A DNA stretch of 61,074 nucleotides from an uncultured Eubacteriales bacterium (GTDB lineage: Bacteria > Bacillota > Clostridia > Christensenellales > UBA1242), in assembly GCA_900552105.1 (NCBI GenBank), contig URYH01000003.1:1-61074 (forward strand), in the 5' to 3' direction. A program made the position numbers and the translations under genes. Positions 1 through 8,555 of the stretch are shown here, in pieces. The number at the start of each line of letters is the position of its first letter. The first letter of the stretch is position 1. Under the pieces are notes generated by a model. That model was given only the letters and a program-made list of their open reading frames with translations, was not told the origin of the DNA and ran no database searches.

Positions 1-111
1 GACTGCAAAGTGAGAGATCCATATGCGTTAGCGTATGTTCCCGACTTCTGCGCCACGACTGCAAAGTGAGAGATCCATATGCGTTAGCGTATGTTCCCGA
101 CTTCTGCGCCA
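1..111 (+). repeat. Two identical tandem copies (1-55 and 57-111, 1-nt spacer) of a 55-nt unit ending in a tRNA-type acceptor 3' strand, discriminator and CCA (cttctgc-g-cca)
   Basis: Direct reading shows the unit gactgcaaagtgagagatccatatgcgttagcgtatgttcccgacttctgcgcca twice. Its last 11 nt equal the 3' end of the tRNA-Ser at 35691-35701. The window starts exactly at the unit boundary. Confidence 0.85.
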
Positions 112-113
112 TA

Positions 114-146
114 AAATTTCAACTATGTAGTTGAAATTTTTTTTAC
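114..146 (+). terminator. Intrinsic terminator after the CCA-ending repeat
   Basis: Perfect inverted repeat aaatttcaacta/tagttgaaattt followed by a T-run. An A-run upstream makes it usable on both strands. Confidence 0.75.
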
Positions 147-224
147 TTGAAATTGGATTCACAAACTTCGTTTGTTGTCGATGACTGAACCCGAGACCCT
201 CGGCTGATTGTGGGATTGAATATA

Positions 225-644
225 TTATTTTTGTTTTGATGCTTCGGCATATATCTTTTGTGCAACTTCAACATCGGCTGGAGCCCAGTCGAGTGTCAAA
301 AGTTCTTCGGGCTTTAACCATTTGATGCCTTTGTGAACATACATATGCATTTCGTTGCTTATTAACTTGCAACGATAGAGTTTCATTGATAAATGAAAAT
401 CGGGATAATCATATTCAACTTGATGAAAGAAGTCGCCAATTTGAACTTTGATTCCAAGTTCTTCCATGAGCTCACGAGAAAGTGTTTGATGCGGTGTTTC
501 GCCGATTTCAACTTTTCCGCCGGGGAATTCCCACTTGAATGACACATAGTCATATTTGCCTTGATCGCGCAAAGTGCAAAGAATTTCACCTTTTTGGTTT
601 TCAATGACACCTGCAACGGTTGTAATAATTTTCTTTTGTTCCAT
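225..644 (-). CDS. NUDIX hydrolase (MutT-like)
   Basis: Nudix box GGKVEIGETPHQTLSRELMEELGI (GX5EX7REUXEEXGU). Confidence 0.85.
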   Translation of the reverse strand: MEQKKIITTVAGVIENQKGEILCTLRDQGKYDYVSFKWEFPGGKVEIGETPHQTLSRELMEELGIKVQIGDFFHQVEYDYPDFHLSMKLYRCKLISNEMHMYVHKGIKWLKPEELLTLDWAPADVEVAQKIYAEASKQK

Positions 645-804
645 AATAACTCCTTTTTTTCTGATGTAAACAGTCTAACACATAAATTTCGATTTGTAAA
701 TAGTTATTTTGAGTTTTTTATAGATATTTTTTGTTTTAATAAAATAATTCAAGTTTTCTTTTAATTTAATTGAAAAAATATACTGCGTATGATACAATAA
801 AAAT

Positions 805-1233
805 ATGGAAGTTGAGCAAGAAATTATTGAATTGAAAAAACGAATTGAAAAACTTGAAAGCATTGTTTTGGGCAAAGCGCAATGTGAAGAAAAGCCGGCG
901 CGAGACAAAACAAGGTTTTTGTTTGACAACAAAGTTCTTGCAAAAAACAGGCTTGTTCTTGCGGTTATAAAAAAATATGTTAAGGAGAATAATCCTGACT
1001 TTGAAAAGTTGCAGCAAGTGTTTGACAAGTCATTGCAAGGGTCGTTGAATGTTGTCGAAACCGTGGAGAATGCGAGCAGAATCAAAGATGCAACAAAGCG
1101 CTACTTCATGAAAGATGAAATTGAGCTTAAAGACGGCAAGAAAGTTGTTGTATGCACTCAATGGGGCATTTTCAACATTATGAAGTTTGAAAAAATTGCC
1201 GAAAGTTTGGGCTATATGATTCAAAGGATTTGA
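805..1233 (+). CDS. Hypothetical protein with an N-terminal coiled-coil
   Basis: 142-aa ORF in an otherwise empty interval. No family recognised. Confidence 0.5.
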   Translation: MEVEQEIIELKKRIEKLESIVLGKAQCEEKPARDKTRFLFDNKVLAKNRLVLAVIKKYVKENNPDFEKLQQVFDKSLQGSLNVVETVENASRIKDATKRYFMKDEIELKDGKKVVVCTQWGIFNIMKFEKIAESLGYMIQRI

Positions 1234-1433
1234 GATGTTTGCAAAAACATCTTTTTTTTATTTCATATGCGGACTCGCGCTTCAAGATTTTCGCGAAGCG
1301 GTTGCTGTTATGTTGTGGTTGCGGAATTGTTGGAATGTGGGGTGCGGTTTTTGCTGATGTTGGTGTTGCTCTTGTTGCAATTTGCAATGCACTTCGCGCT
1401 CTCATTGTCAAAAAGAATAAAAAAAATAAATAA
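1230..1433 (+). pseudogene. Remnant of the C-terminal transmembrane helix of a heavy-metal (CadA/ZntA-type) P-type ATPase
   Basis: The ORF tail GMWGAVFADVGVALVAICNALRAL matches the conserved last TM segment (..ADxGxxLLVxxNxLRL) of P1B ATPases. Nothing upstream resembles the rest of the pump. Confidence 0.5.
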
Positions 1434-1512
1434 TTTAAATAATTTATTGAAAAACATTTATATGCCTTATAATCAAAGGAGTGTAGATATTTTTTATTTA
1501 TCAAAAAATTAA

Positions 1513-2223
1513 TTAATTTAATTTGTAAAAATATTTATTTGAATTATTTTTAATTATTTTTTGATTATTTTTATTTAATTTTTCAACAACCAAAATAAAT
1601 TCGCCACGCTCATCAATCTCAATGTCGTCACCAAGCGTAAAATTAACCGCATTTTCGTGCAATTTTGTGATTTCTTTCACAAGGCAGGCAGGACGAGGTC
1701 CAAGCATCTTATAAATGATGTTTAGGTCGTCTTTTATGTTATGGCACGAAACATGGAACACAAGCGTTTCTTCTCGGTCGCAATAAGACGCAAGCAATTC
1801 TTCTTTTTGACTTTGCTTTTCTGGCAAAAAACCAACAAAGGTAAAGCGCGAAGTGTCAAGCCCACTCAATATGAGAGCACAAATTGCAGCATTCGCACCG
1901 GGAATAACTGTGTAGTCATATCCTCTTTCGCGGAGTGTTTTTGTCAGAATGTTGCCAGGGTCAGAAATGAGAGGTGTTCCGCTGTCTGAAATCAAAGCAA
2001 CATCTTTTTTTTCGTCCAAAAGTTTTATTATGCCTTCGGCGCTTGTTCTTTCGTTAAACTTATGATAAGCAATGAGCGGTTTGTCGATTTCAAAGTGACT
2101 CAAAAGCTTTTTTGAGTTTCTTGTGTCTTCGCACGCAATGACATCAACCGTTTTGAGCGTTTCAATTGCACGCATTGTCATGTCGCCAAGATTGCCGATT
2201 GGCGTTGCAACAATATATAGCAT
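1513..2223 (-). CDS. rsmI: 16S rRNA (cytidine1402-2'-O)-methyltransferase RsmI
   Basis: N-terminus MLYIVATPIGNLGDMTMRAIETLKTVDVIACEDTR, and synteny with holB-ricT-yabB. The C-terminal tail runs into an AT-rich tract. Confidence 0.9.
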   Translation of the reverse strand: MLYIVATPIGNLGDMTMRAIETLKTVDVIACEDTRNSKKLLSHFEIDKPLIAYHKFNERTSAEGIIKLLDEKKDVALISDSGTPLISDPGNILTKTLRERGYDYTVIPGANAAICALILSGLDTSRFTFVGFLPEKQSQKEELLASYCDREETLVFHVSCHNIKDDLNIIYKMLGPRPACLVKEITKLHENAVNFTLGDDIEIDERGEFILVVEKLNKNNQKIIKNNSNKYFYKLN

Positions 2224-2231
2224 CTCCCCTC

Positions 2232-2963
2232 CTATTTTCGTCTGTAGTTATCAAATATATTTTGGACATAATTCCCGTCTTTGTCATTTGAGATCAGAGT
2301 TGGCAAAACTTCAACACCTTCTTTCCCACCACGCACCGCTTCAACAAAAACAAGTGTTGCATTCTTTGTCGGCGAAGGTTGAGCAAAAAACATTCGTTTT
2401 GGTTCAAGTTCAAATGCTTTTAGACTTGCCAAAAGTTCCGCACTTCTGTTTGCGTCATACGAAACATAAAACCGACCACCAAATTTAAGAACTCTTTTAA
2501 CACTCTCAAGGAGTGAGCAGAGCTCAAGTTTGATTTCGTGCCTTGCCGTTGCAACGACTTGGTTTTCATTATGAAACGAAGCACCTTTCTTCTTGTATGG
2601 CGGGTTGCAAACAACAACATCAACACTTCCTGCGGGAATTTGTTTTGAAAAATCTTTCACATCGCCAAGAATTGGCTTGATATTTTCAATATGGTTTAGC
2701 TCAATGTTTTTTTGCAACAATTCAAACATTTCATCTTGTATTTCAACCGCATAAATCTCACTGGGTTCATTTTTTGCTGAAATCAAAATTGCAATAATGC
2801 CTGATCCCGAGCAAAAATCACAGACTTTGGCGCCTCTCTTGATTTTTGCAAAGTTTGCAAGTGTGACAGCATCACTCGTAAAACAATAAAGGTCTTTGTT
2901 TTGACAAATTTTGAGACCTTTATATTGCAAATCTTCAAGCCTTTCTTTTTGGTTTTTCATCAA
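2232..2963 (-). CDS. SAM-dependent methyltransferase, YabB/TrmN6-like (tRNA m6A37 type)
   Basis: NPPY motif (VVCNPPYKK) and position between ricT and rsmI as in B. subtilis yabB. Confidence 0.75.
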   Translation of the reverse strand: MMKNQKERLEDLQYKGLKICQNKDLYCFTSDAVTLANFAKIKRGAKVCDFCSGSGIIAILISAKNEPSEIYAVEIQDEMFELLQKNIELNHIENIKPILGDVKDFSKQIPAGSVDVVVCNPPYKKKGASFHNENQVVATARHEIKLELCSLLESVKRVLKFGGRFYVSYDANRSAELLASLKAFELEPKRMFFAQPSPTKNATLVFVEAVRGGKEGVEVLPTLISNDKDGNYVQNIFDNYRRK

Positions 2964-3835
2964 TCTTCCAAATCTTTTAATTTGTTGCCCGGGTCATCGT
3001 CAAACCCGATATTGTTTTTTGCTTTGATTTTGATTTTATCAAGCGGGAATTCAAGGATTTGGCTTGTTGGATCATCTTTTTCGCCGAGTCTGACTTGAAC
3101 AAGTCGTTTGAGCAAATTATTGTATACAACCGTGCCTTTCCCTTCTGGCGTTTCAACTTCAGAATTGATTCTTGGCATAAGGCGGAATGTTTCGGAATAA
3201 TGCGCATTTTCGTATCCCAAACAACACATCAGTCGTCCACAGAGTCCACTTATTTTTGTTGGGTTGAGAGAAAGTCCTTGAACTTTCGGCATTTTTATCG
3301 AAACATGCTCAAAGTCTTTCAAAAACTCTCTGCAACAGCACACTTTTCCGCAAGGACCAAGCCCACCTATGATTTTAACTTCATCACGAGCACCGATTTG
3401 ACGAAGTTCAATTCTTGCTTTGAAGCGACTTCCAAGTTCTTTAACAAGTTCTCTGAAATCAACTCTGTTTTCGCTTGTGAAATTGATATTGATTTTTTGT
3501 TCATCAAAAGATGTGTCGCAACTAATAATTTTCATCTCAAGCCCAAAGTCTTCAACAATCTTCTTTGTTTCTTCCAAAAACTTTTTGTTGAGTGCTTGAA
3601 CTTTTTTAACTTGAGCAAGATCTTGATGAGTGGCAATTCGAACAACGTCTTTGAGCGGTTCGTCCGCATCTTCTCTCTCGATGGTCTTGATTGGAGTTGC
3701 AACCGTGCCAAAATCAAGTCCGCGCACCGTTTCAACAATCACTTTATCTCCAATATTCACCAACAAATCGTTTGGTGAAAAATCATATATCTTCCCGCCG
3801 TCAGCAAATTTCACGCCAACTATTTTTGTTTGCAT
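2960..3835 (-). CDS. ricT: PSP1-domain protein RicT/YaaT
   Basis: Conserved Cys cluster GPCGKVCCCREF...LCGRLMCCL. 4-nt overlap with the downstream gene. Confidence 0.9.
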   Translation of the reverse strand: MQTKIVGVKFADGGKIYDFSPNDLLVNIGDKVIVETVRGLDFGTVATPIKTIEREDADEPLKDVVRIATHQDLAQVKKVQALNKKFLEETKKIVEDFGLEMKIISCDTSFDEQKININFTSENRVDFRELVKELGSRFKARIELRQIGARDEVKIIGGLGPCGKVCCCREFLKDFEHVSIKMPKVQGLSLNPTKISGLCGRLMCCLGYENAHYSETFRLMPRINSEVETPEGKGTVVYNNLLKRLVQVRLGEKDDPTSQILEFPLDKIKIKAKNNIGFDDDPGNKLKDLED

Positions 3836-4815
3836 AGATATTTAACCTCCAAGATTTTCATAAGCAAACCGTCCGCAATCATGCCCACATTAACATTTGC
3901 ATCAAATTGCTTTTTGCATAAATCAATTTTATCGATAATTTCAATCAACGCCTCGGGCGTAAATTCGCCTTTTACTTGCTCAATTTTATCCGCATACTCT
4001 TTGCTCTGTTGCAGTCCATTTTGTCCCAAAAGCGAAAGCATGATATCGCGATACAACTCTTGAATGAGTGACAATTTTGTCAAAAAAGTTGCTTTTGAAG
4101 ATGAGAGTTCTGCGGAATATCCCAAAACCTGCTTGCTGTTTTTCATGTCGAACACAATCCCGCGCGCAAGATTCAACGATTCAGAAAAATCACCACCAGT
4201 GACAAGTTCAATGAGTTTCCCAACATACCCCCCGCTTTGCGAATATAGGATTTCGGAAATTTGCGTCTTTTCATTTTCAAAAATTTCTTTAACTTGCCCA
4301 AAGTCAAATGGCTCAATCGTCATGGTTTTACATCTGGATTTGACTGTTGGCAAAACCGAGTCAAGATTGGTTGCATTAATTATGAAAAACACATTTGGAT
4401 TTGGTTCCTCAAGCACTTTGAGCAATTTGTTTTGTGCTTGAATTGTTCCATTATCAATCTTGTTTATGACATACACTTTGCAAGGCGAAATCATTGGTTT
4501 TAGCGTTTGGTCTTCAACAATTTTTTCGACATCTGAAACTGCGAATTTTGTGCCACCAAAAAACATGACATCAGGATTTGTTCCTTTTTCAATTTTGAGG
4601 CAACTCCCGCAATGCTCACACCCATTTTCGCCACACTCACAAACAAGCATTTTTGCCACTTGTTTGCAAAAAATTTCGTTGGTTAATTTGTCAGGGCTAT
4701 AAAACAGATTTGCATGAAAAAACACACCCGCACGATATTCGGCAACCAAGTTTTTAAATAGTCCAAGTCGTTTTACAATATTGTTTGAAATATCCATAAA
4801 AATATAATAACACAC
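3820..4815 (-). CDS. holB: DNA polymerase III delta' subunit
   Basis: Zinc module CEHCGSCLKIEKGTNPDV, and the clamp-loader fold order. An alternative start is at 4797. Confidence 0.85.
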   Translation of the reverse strand: MCYYIFMDISNNIVKRLGLFKNLVAEYRAGVFFHANLFYSPDKLTNEIFCKQVAKMLVCECGENGCEHCGSCLKIEKGTNPDVMFFGGTKFAVSDVEKIVEDQTLKPMISPCKVYVINKIDNGTIQAQNKLLKVLEEPNPNVFFIINATNLDSVLPTVKSRCKTMTIEPFDFGQVKEIFENEKTQISEILYSQSGGYVGKLIELVTGGDFSESLNLARGIVFDMKNSKQVLGYSAELSSSKATFLTKLSLIQELYRDIMLSLLGQNGLQQSKEYADKIEQVKGEFTPEALIEIIDKIDLCKKQFDANVNVGMIADGLLMKILEVKYLCKQK

Positions 4816-4850
4816 ATAAATAAATAATCAAACAACTTTCTCAAAAGTTT

Positions 4851-4877
4851 GAAAAAAGCACGGCGTCCTCGCCGTGC
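4851..4877 (-). terminator. Intrinsic terminator of greA
   Basis: GC-rich hairpin gcacggcg/cgccgtgc followed by a T-run on the minus strand. Confidence 0.75.
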
Positions 4878-4892
4878 CTTCATGCTAAAAAA

Positions 4893-5360
4893 TTACTTGA
4901 TTCCAAGAATTTTGAGTGTGATGTGGCCTGATGGAGTTGGAACAACAACTTCTTCACCTTTTGTTTTGCCAAGAAGAGCAGCACCAACTGGCGATTGGTT
5001 GCTAATCATTCCACGAAGAGGATCACTCTCGGTTGATCCAACAATTTTATATTCAATTTCCTCATCAAAATCTTCGTCGTAAACTTTGACAACACAGCCA
5101 ATGCCAACCTTGTTTGTCGACACTTTTTTTGCAATCACAATTGCATCACGAAGTGTTGCTTCCATATCAGCAATTTCTGCTTCGATTTTGCCTTGTTCTT
5201 CTTTTGCTTGGTCATATTCGGAATTTTCTTTCAAATCCCCAAATTCTCTTGCTATTCCAATTGCCTTTGTTGCTTCTGGTCTTTTGACTTTTTTATAGAA
5301 TTCGAGTTTTTCCTCGAGTTGTTTTTTTCCTTCTGGTGTAAGATAAATTTCGTTTGCCAT
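4893..5360 (-). CDS. greA: Transcription elongation factor GreA
   Basis: Full-length match to the GreA pattern (LTPEG...LKENSEYD...). Confidence 0.95.
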   Translation of the reverse strand: MANEIYLTPEGKKQLEEKLEFYKKVKRPEATKAIGIAREFGDLKENSEYDQAKEEQGKIEAEIADMEATLRDAIVIAKKVSTNKVGIGCVVKVYDEDFDEEIEYKIVGSTESDPLRGMISNQSPVGAALLGKTKGEEVVVPTPSGHITLKILGIK

Positions 5361-5567
5361 AGCGTCCTCCCGCGTTAAAAAAAATCAATCTCCCAAAACG
5401 GGAAATTTTTCAAAATCATGCTCATTATAATTTCAAGTTGCCCACATGTCAACATTTTGGCACGAATTTTGCAAATTTGTTATTTGTTTATTATATTTTG
5501 TCTTATTAAAAAAATTCACAAATTGAATATTTTATTTTGTTTTTCTCAAATTAATGTTGAGGTGAAT

Positions 5568-5825
5568 ATGATTAGTTTGATATGTTTTGTTTTCGCAATG
5601 ATTGGCGGGATAAATTGGCTCTCGATTGGGCTTGTTCAATTTGATTTTATTGCTGGGATTTTTGGCTCCCAAGCTCATGTCGCATCAAGAATATTTTATG
5701 TGTTTTTTGGACTTGCTTGTGGTTATCTCATCTATAAAGCAATCGCGACAAAAGGCAAAATTGAACTCAAACGCGAAAAGTTAAAAAAAGAAAAGAATGA
5801 GGCTCAACAAGATATGTTGGGTTAG
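5568..5825 (+). CDS. DUF378 small membrane protein
   Basis: IGGINWLSIGLVQFDFIAGIFG motif. SD gaggtg lies 4 nt upstream of the ATG at 5568. Confidence 0.75.
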   Translation: MISLICFVFAMIGGINWLSIGLVQFDFIAGIFGSQAHVASRIFYVFFGLACGYLIYKAIATKGKIELKREKLKKEKNEAQQDMLG

Positions 5826-6004
5826 GATTTATCCTTTTTTAACAAATAAAACTCTTGTGCGTTATATGTCGCCAAAACACTTGCAACCTGACCAAAAAAC
5901 ATACGCCAAACATTGATTTCTTCAACCGTTGAACAAGATGCAAGATTTTGCGCAACAAGTGTTGCAAGTGCTGTTAATTCGCAAGGAGATATGTTGTTTA
6001 ACAT
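5822..6004 (-). CDS. Small hypothetical protein (resembles clostridial DUF6774-type small proteins)
   Basis: 60-aa ORF. The pattern CELTALATLVA...VASVLATYNAQ is recalled from that family. Confidence 0.4.
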   Translation of the reverse strand: MLNNISPCELTALATLVAQNLASCSTVEEINVWRMFFGQVASVLATYNAQEFYLLKKDKS

Positions 6005-6084
6005 ATCTTTTTTTATGAAAAACCACGGCGTTTTGTGTGTTCACATAATTTTGGGCATTTGAATACATAAACACGAGGTGGAAA

Positions 6085-8025
6085 ATGAGCAAAATTACAT
6101 ATATAAACAAATCAAGCTGTGTAATCAAAAATGTCAAATTCAATGGTGATGCAACCATTGGACCAAATGCAATTTTATGCGACTGTGAAGTTGGAACTAA
6201 CGCAAAAATTTTTTGCTCTCAAATTTACAAAAGTCAAATTGGCGACAACACGTCTGTAGTCAATAGTCAAATCGAAAACTCTTCTGTTGGAACAAATTGT
6301 GAAATTGGACCCTTTTCTCATATCCGACCAGGTTCAAAAATTGGCACGTCGTGTCGCATAGGCAATTTTGTTGAAATAAAAAAATCCGAAATTGGGGCGG
6401 GCTGCAAAATTTCTCATCTCAGCTACGTTGGCGATGCAACACTTGGAGAAAATGTCAATGTTGGTTGTGGTGTGATTTTTGCAAACTATGACGGAGAGAA
6501 AAAGCATCACACAAATGTTGGCGATAATGTTTTTATCGGCAGCAACTGCAATCTTATTGCCCCACTTTCGATCGGTTGTGGTGTCTTCATCGCAGCGGGT
6601 TCAACCATCACAAAAGATCTTCGTGACGACACATTTTGCATTGCTCGCGAGCGCGAAACAATAAGAGAAGGATATAAAAACTTGTATGCACAAAAATTCG
6701 AGCCTCAACCAAAGCAATATTTTGGAACTGACGGAATCAGACTTGAAGGAACAAAAGAAGAGTTCTTCGAAATTGGAAAAAAATTTGGCGAAGCAATATC
6801 ATCAACAAAAGTGTTAAAAATTGTTTTGGGTCGCGACACTCGTCCCAGCGGCAAAACAATTCGTGAAGGAATTTTGACAGGAATAACGAATGCTCAAATT
6901 TTTGATTTGGGAGTTGTTTCAACCCCGTGCATTGCATTCATGACAAAAGCAATTGGCGCCGATTTTGGAGTCGTTCTCACCGCTTCCCACAACCCTGAAA
7001 GTTTTAATGGAATAAAAGTGTTTGATAAAAATGGTCAAAAACTTTCAGAGCTGCACGAAAAAGAACTTGAACAAAAACTTCAAAATGTTGATAAAAATTA
7101 CAAAAATCAGCAAAATTTTGGCAAAAAACAAGCAAAAAATGTAAAAATTACAAAAATTACTCCACAAAAATATATTTCTCATATAATGAATCTTTCGAAA
7201 AAATTAAAAGATTTTGAAGTCGCAATTGATGTTTCAGGAGGAGCGAGTGAAAAACTTGCACAGAGAGTGTTTGAAAAATTGGGTGCACGCGTTCACATCA
7301 TTGGACGGTCAAAAGATCACAAAATTAATGATGGGTGTGGTTGTTTGCATCTGGAACACTTGAAACATTATATGAAGAACTATGGGGTTCCAATTGGGTT
7401 TGCCTATGACGGAGATGCCGACCGCGTGCTTGCAATCAACGAAAAGCTTGAAGTTGTTGACGGAGACAAATTTCTTTTTATTTTGGCACAAGAACTCAAA
7501 CGTCAAGGGAAACTAAAAAATGATTGCATTGTGACAACGGTCATGTCCAATCTCGCCCTCATTCAGGAATTAAAAAAACAAGGCATTTCAACAAGCATCA
7601 CTCCCGTTGGCGACAAATATGTTATTGAAGAAATGAATCACCTTGATGCAAGTCTTGGAGGGGAACAAAGCGGGCATATCATAACAAAAGACGTCTGTGG
7701 CAGTGGAGATGGTCTTTTGCTTTCTGTGCTTATATCCAATTTGGTTTTTTCGTCAAAAAAATCTTTGAGTGCGCTTTCCCGGCTTGAACTTTATCCTCAA
7801 TATCAACAATCTTTCAAAACATTGCAAAGCCAAATCATTCTTGACTCAAATGAATTGAAATCAAAAGTGAAGGAGTTTGAAGAATACTTAGGGGAAGATG
7901 GGAGAATTTTAATTCGAAAAAGCGGAACGGAGCCAAAACTACGTCTTTTGGTTGAAGCCAAAAACAACCGACAAGCAAAAAAAGTTTTTTGCTCACTTGC
8001 AAAACTTATTGAAAAATTATGCTAA
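6085..8025 (+). CDS. glmM: Fusion protein: GlmU C-terminal left-handed beta-helix acetyltransferase domain fused to phosphoglucosamine mutase GlmM
   Basis: The N-terminal ~200 aa carry hexapeptide repeats and NVNVGCGVIFANYDGEKKHHTNVGDNVFIGSNCNLIAPLSIG (GlmU C-domain). The C-terminal part has the GlmM motifs GTDGIR, TASHNP, DGDADR and GGEQSGH. Confidence 0.85.
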   Translation: MSKITYINKSSCVIKNVKFNGDATIGPNAILCDCEVGTNAKIFCSQIYKSQIGDNTSVVNSQIENSSVGTNCEIGPFSHIRPGSKIGTSCRIGNFVEIKKSEIGAGCKISHLSYVGDATLGENVNVGCGVIFANYDGEKKHHTNVGDNVFIGSNCNLIAPLSIGCGVFIAAGSTITKDLRDDTFCIARERETIREGYKNLYAQKFEPQPKQYFGTDGIRLEGTKEEFFEIGKKFGEAISSTKVLKIVLGRDTRPSGKTIREGILTGITNAQIFDLGVVSTPCIAFMTKAIGADFGVVLTASHNPESFNGIKVFDKNGQKLSELHEKELEQKLQNVDKNYKNQQNFGKKQAKNVKITKITPQKYISHIMNLSKKLKDFEVAIDVSGGASEKLAQRVFEKLGARVHIIGRSKDHKINDGCGCLHLEHLKHYMKNYGVPIGFAYDGDADRVLAINEKLEVVDGDKFLFILAQELKRQGKLKNDCIVTTVMSNLALIQELKKQGISTSITPVGDKYVIEEMNHLDASLGGEQSGHIITKDVCGSGDGLLLSVLISNLVFSSKKSLSALSRLELYPQYQQSFKTLQSQIILDSNELKSKVKEFEEYLGEDGRILIRKSGTEPKLRLLVEAKNNRQAKKVFCSLAKLIEKLC

Positions 8026-8030
8026 CAAAA

Positions 8031-8057
8031 AAGCAATGCCATGCGCATTGCTTTTTG
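8031..8057. terminator. Bidirectional intrinsic terminator between convergent genes
   Basis: 8-bp stem agcaatgc/gcattgct flanked by an A-run and a T-run. Confidence 0.75.
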
Positions 8058-8058
8058 A

Positions 8059-8448
8059 TTATCCTTGAAATTCTGAATATCTCATACCCTTTTCTCTTCT
8101 TTCTTTTTCAACCAAAGTTGCAATCATATCTCGAACCTTATATGGGTTTTTGACTTTTTGCAAAACCATTGAATCATTACTTGCGTCGCCGCAATAAACT
8201 GTTATTGTTCCAACACCAAACATTTTGTCAAAAAGTGATTGATAAACACTCAAATCGTCAATTCTATAAAAATGTGTTTCTTCACTTGCCGTTGAAAGCA
8301 ATCCAATGCGACTAAAGAGTTTTACCCACTCACCTGGTTTTTCAACAATTTCATATCTAGTAAAAGTCCAAGGAAGACCAAAGATACGCTTTCTATCTTT
8401 CCATAAAGTTTTGCAATCTGGTCCAAAATATCTATTTCCCATACTCAC
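8059..8448 (-). CDS. Bacterial PH-domain (bPH_2/DUF304) protein
   Basis: C-terminal pattern FYRIDDLSVYQSLFDKMFGVGTITVY. Confidence 0.7.
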   Translation of the reverse strand: MSMGNRYFGPDCKTLWKDRKRIFGLPWTFTRYEIVEKPGEWVKLFSRIGLLSTASEETHFYRIDDLSVYQSLFDKMFGVGTITVYCGDASNDSMVLQKVKNPYKVRDMIATLVEKERREKGMRYSEFQG

Positions 8449-8555
8449 CTCATATTTTTAATATATTAGCAAAAATTTGGCAAAATGTAAACCCCTTATG
8501 AAAAACATTTTAAAAATATTGAATAAAAAACTTTTATCATGTATACTATCTAGAA

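Noticed and set aside
1-111. CRISPR array interpretation of the tandem repeats at both window edges.
   Set aside because: Units abut with a 1-nt spacer (left edge) or alternate with a single 58-nt piece (right edge). There are no variable spacers, no cas genes, and the repeats are tRNA-derived.
150-224. Moderately GC-rich stretch with small hairpins (caaac-ttcg-tttgtt, ccgag-accc-tcgg) between the terminator and the NUDIX gene 3' end, considered as a small RNA or tRNA.
   Set aside because: I could not fold any cloverleaf or recognised motif on either strand. It is most simply the 3' UTR of the NUDIX gene.
3059-3778. Long ORFs antisense to or overlapping confident genes. Examples are 3059-3778, 16126-16707, 29972-30544, 36273-36767, 44901-45482, 50199-50843, and the same-strand 18450-19013 inside alaS.
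   Set aside because: Each lies entirely within a gene that has strong family signatures in another frame. Their translations are low-complexity or hydrophobic with no motifs and no SD. This is typical shadow-ORF behaviour.
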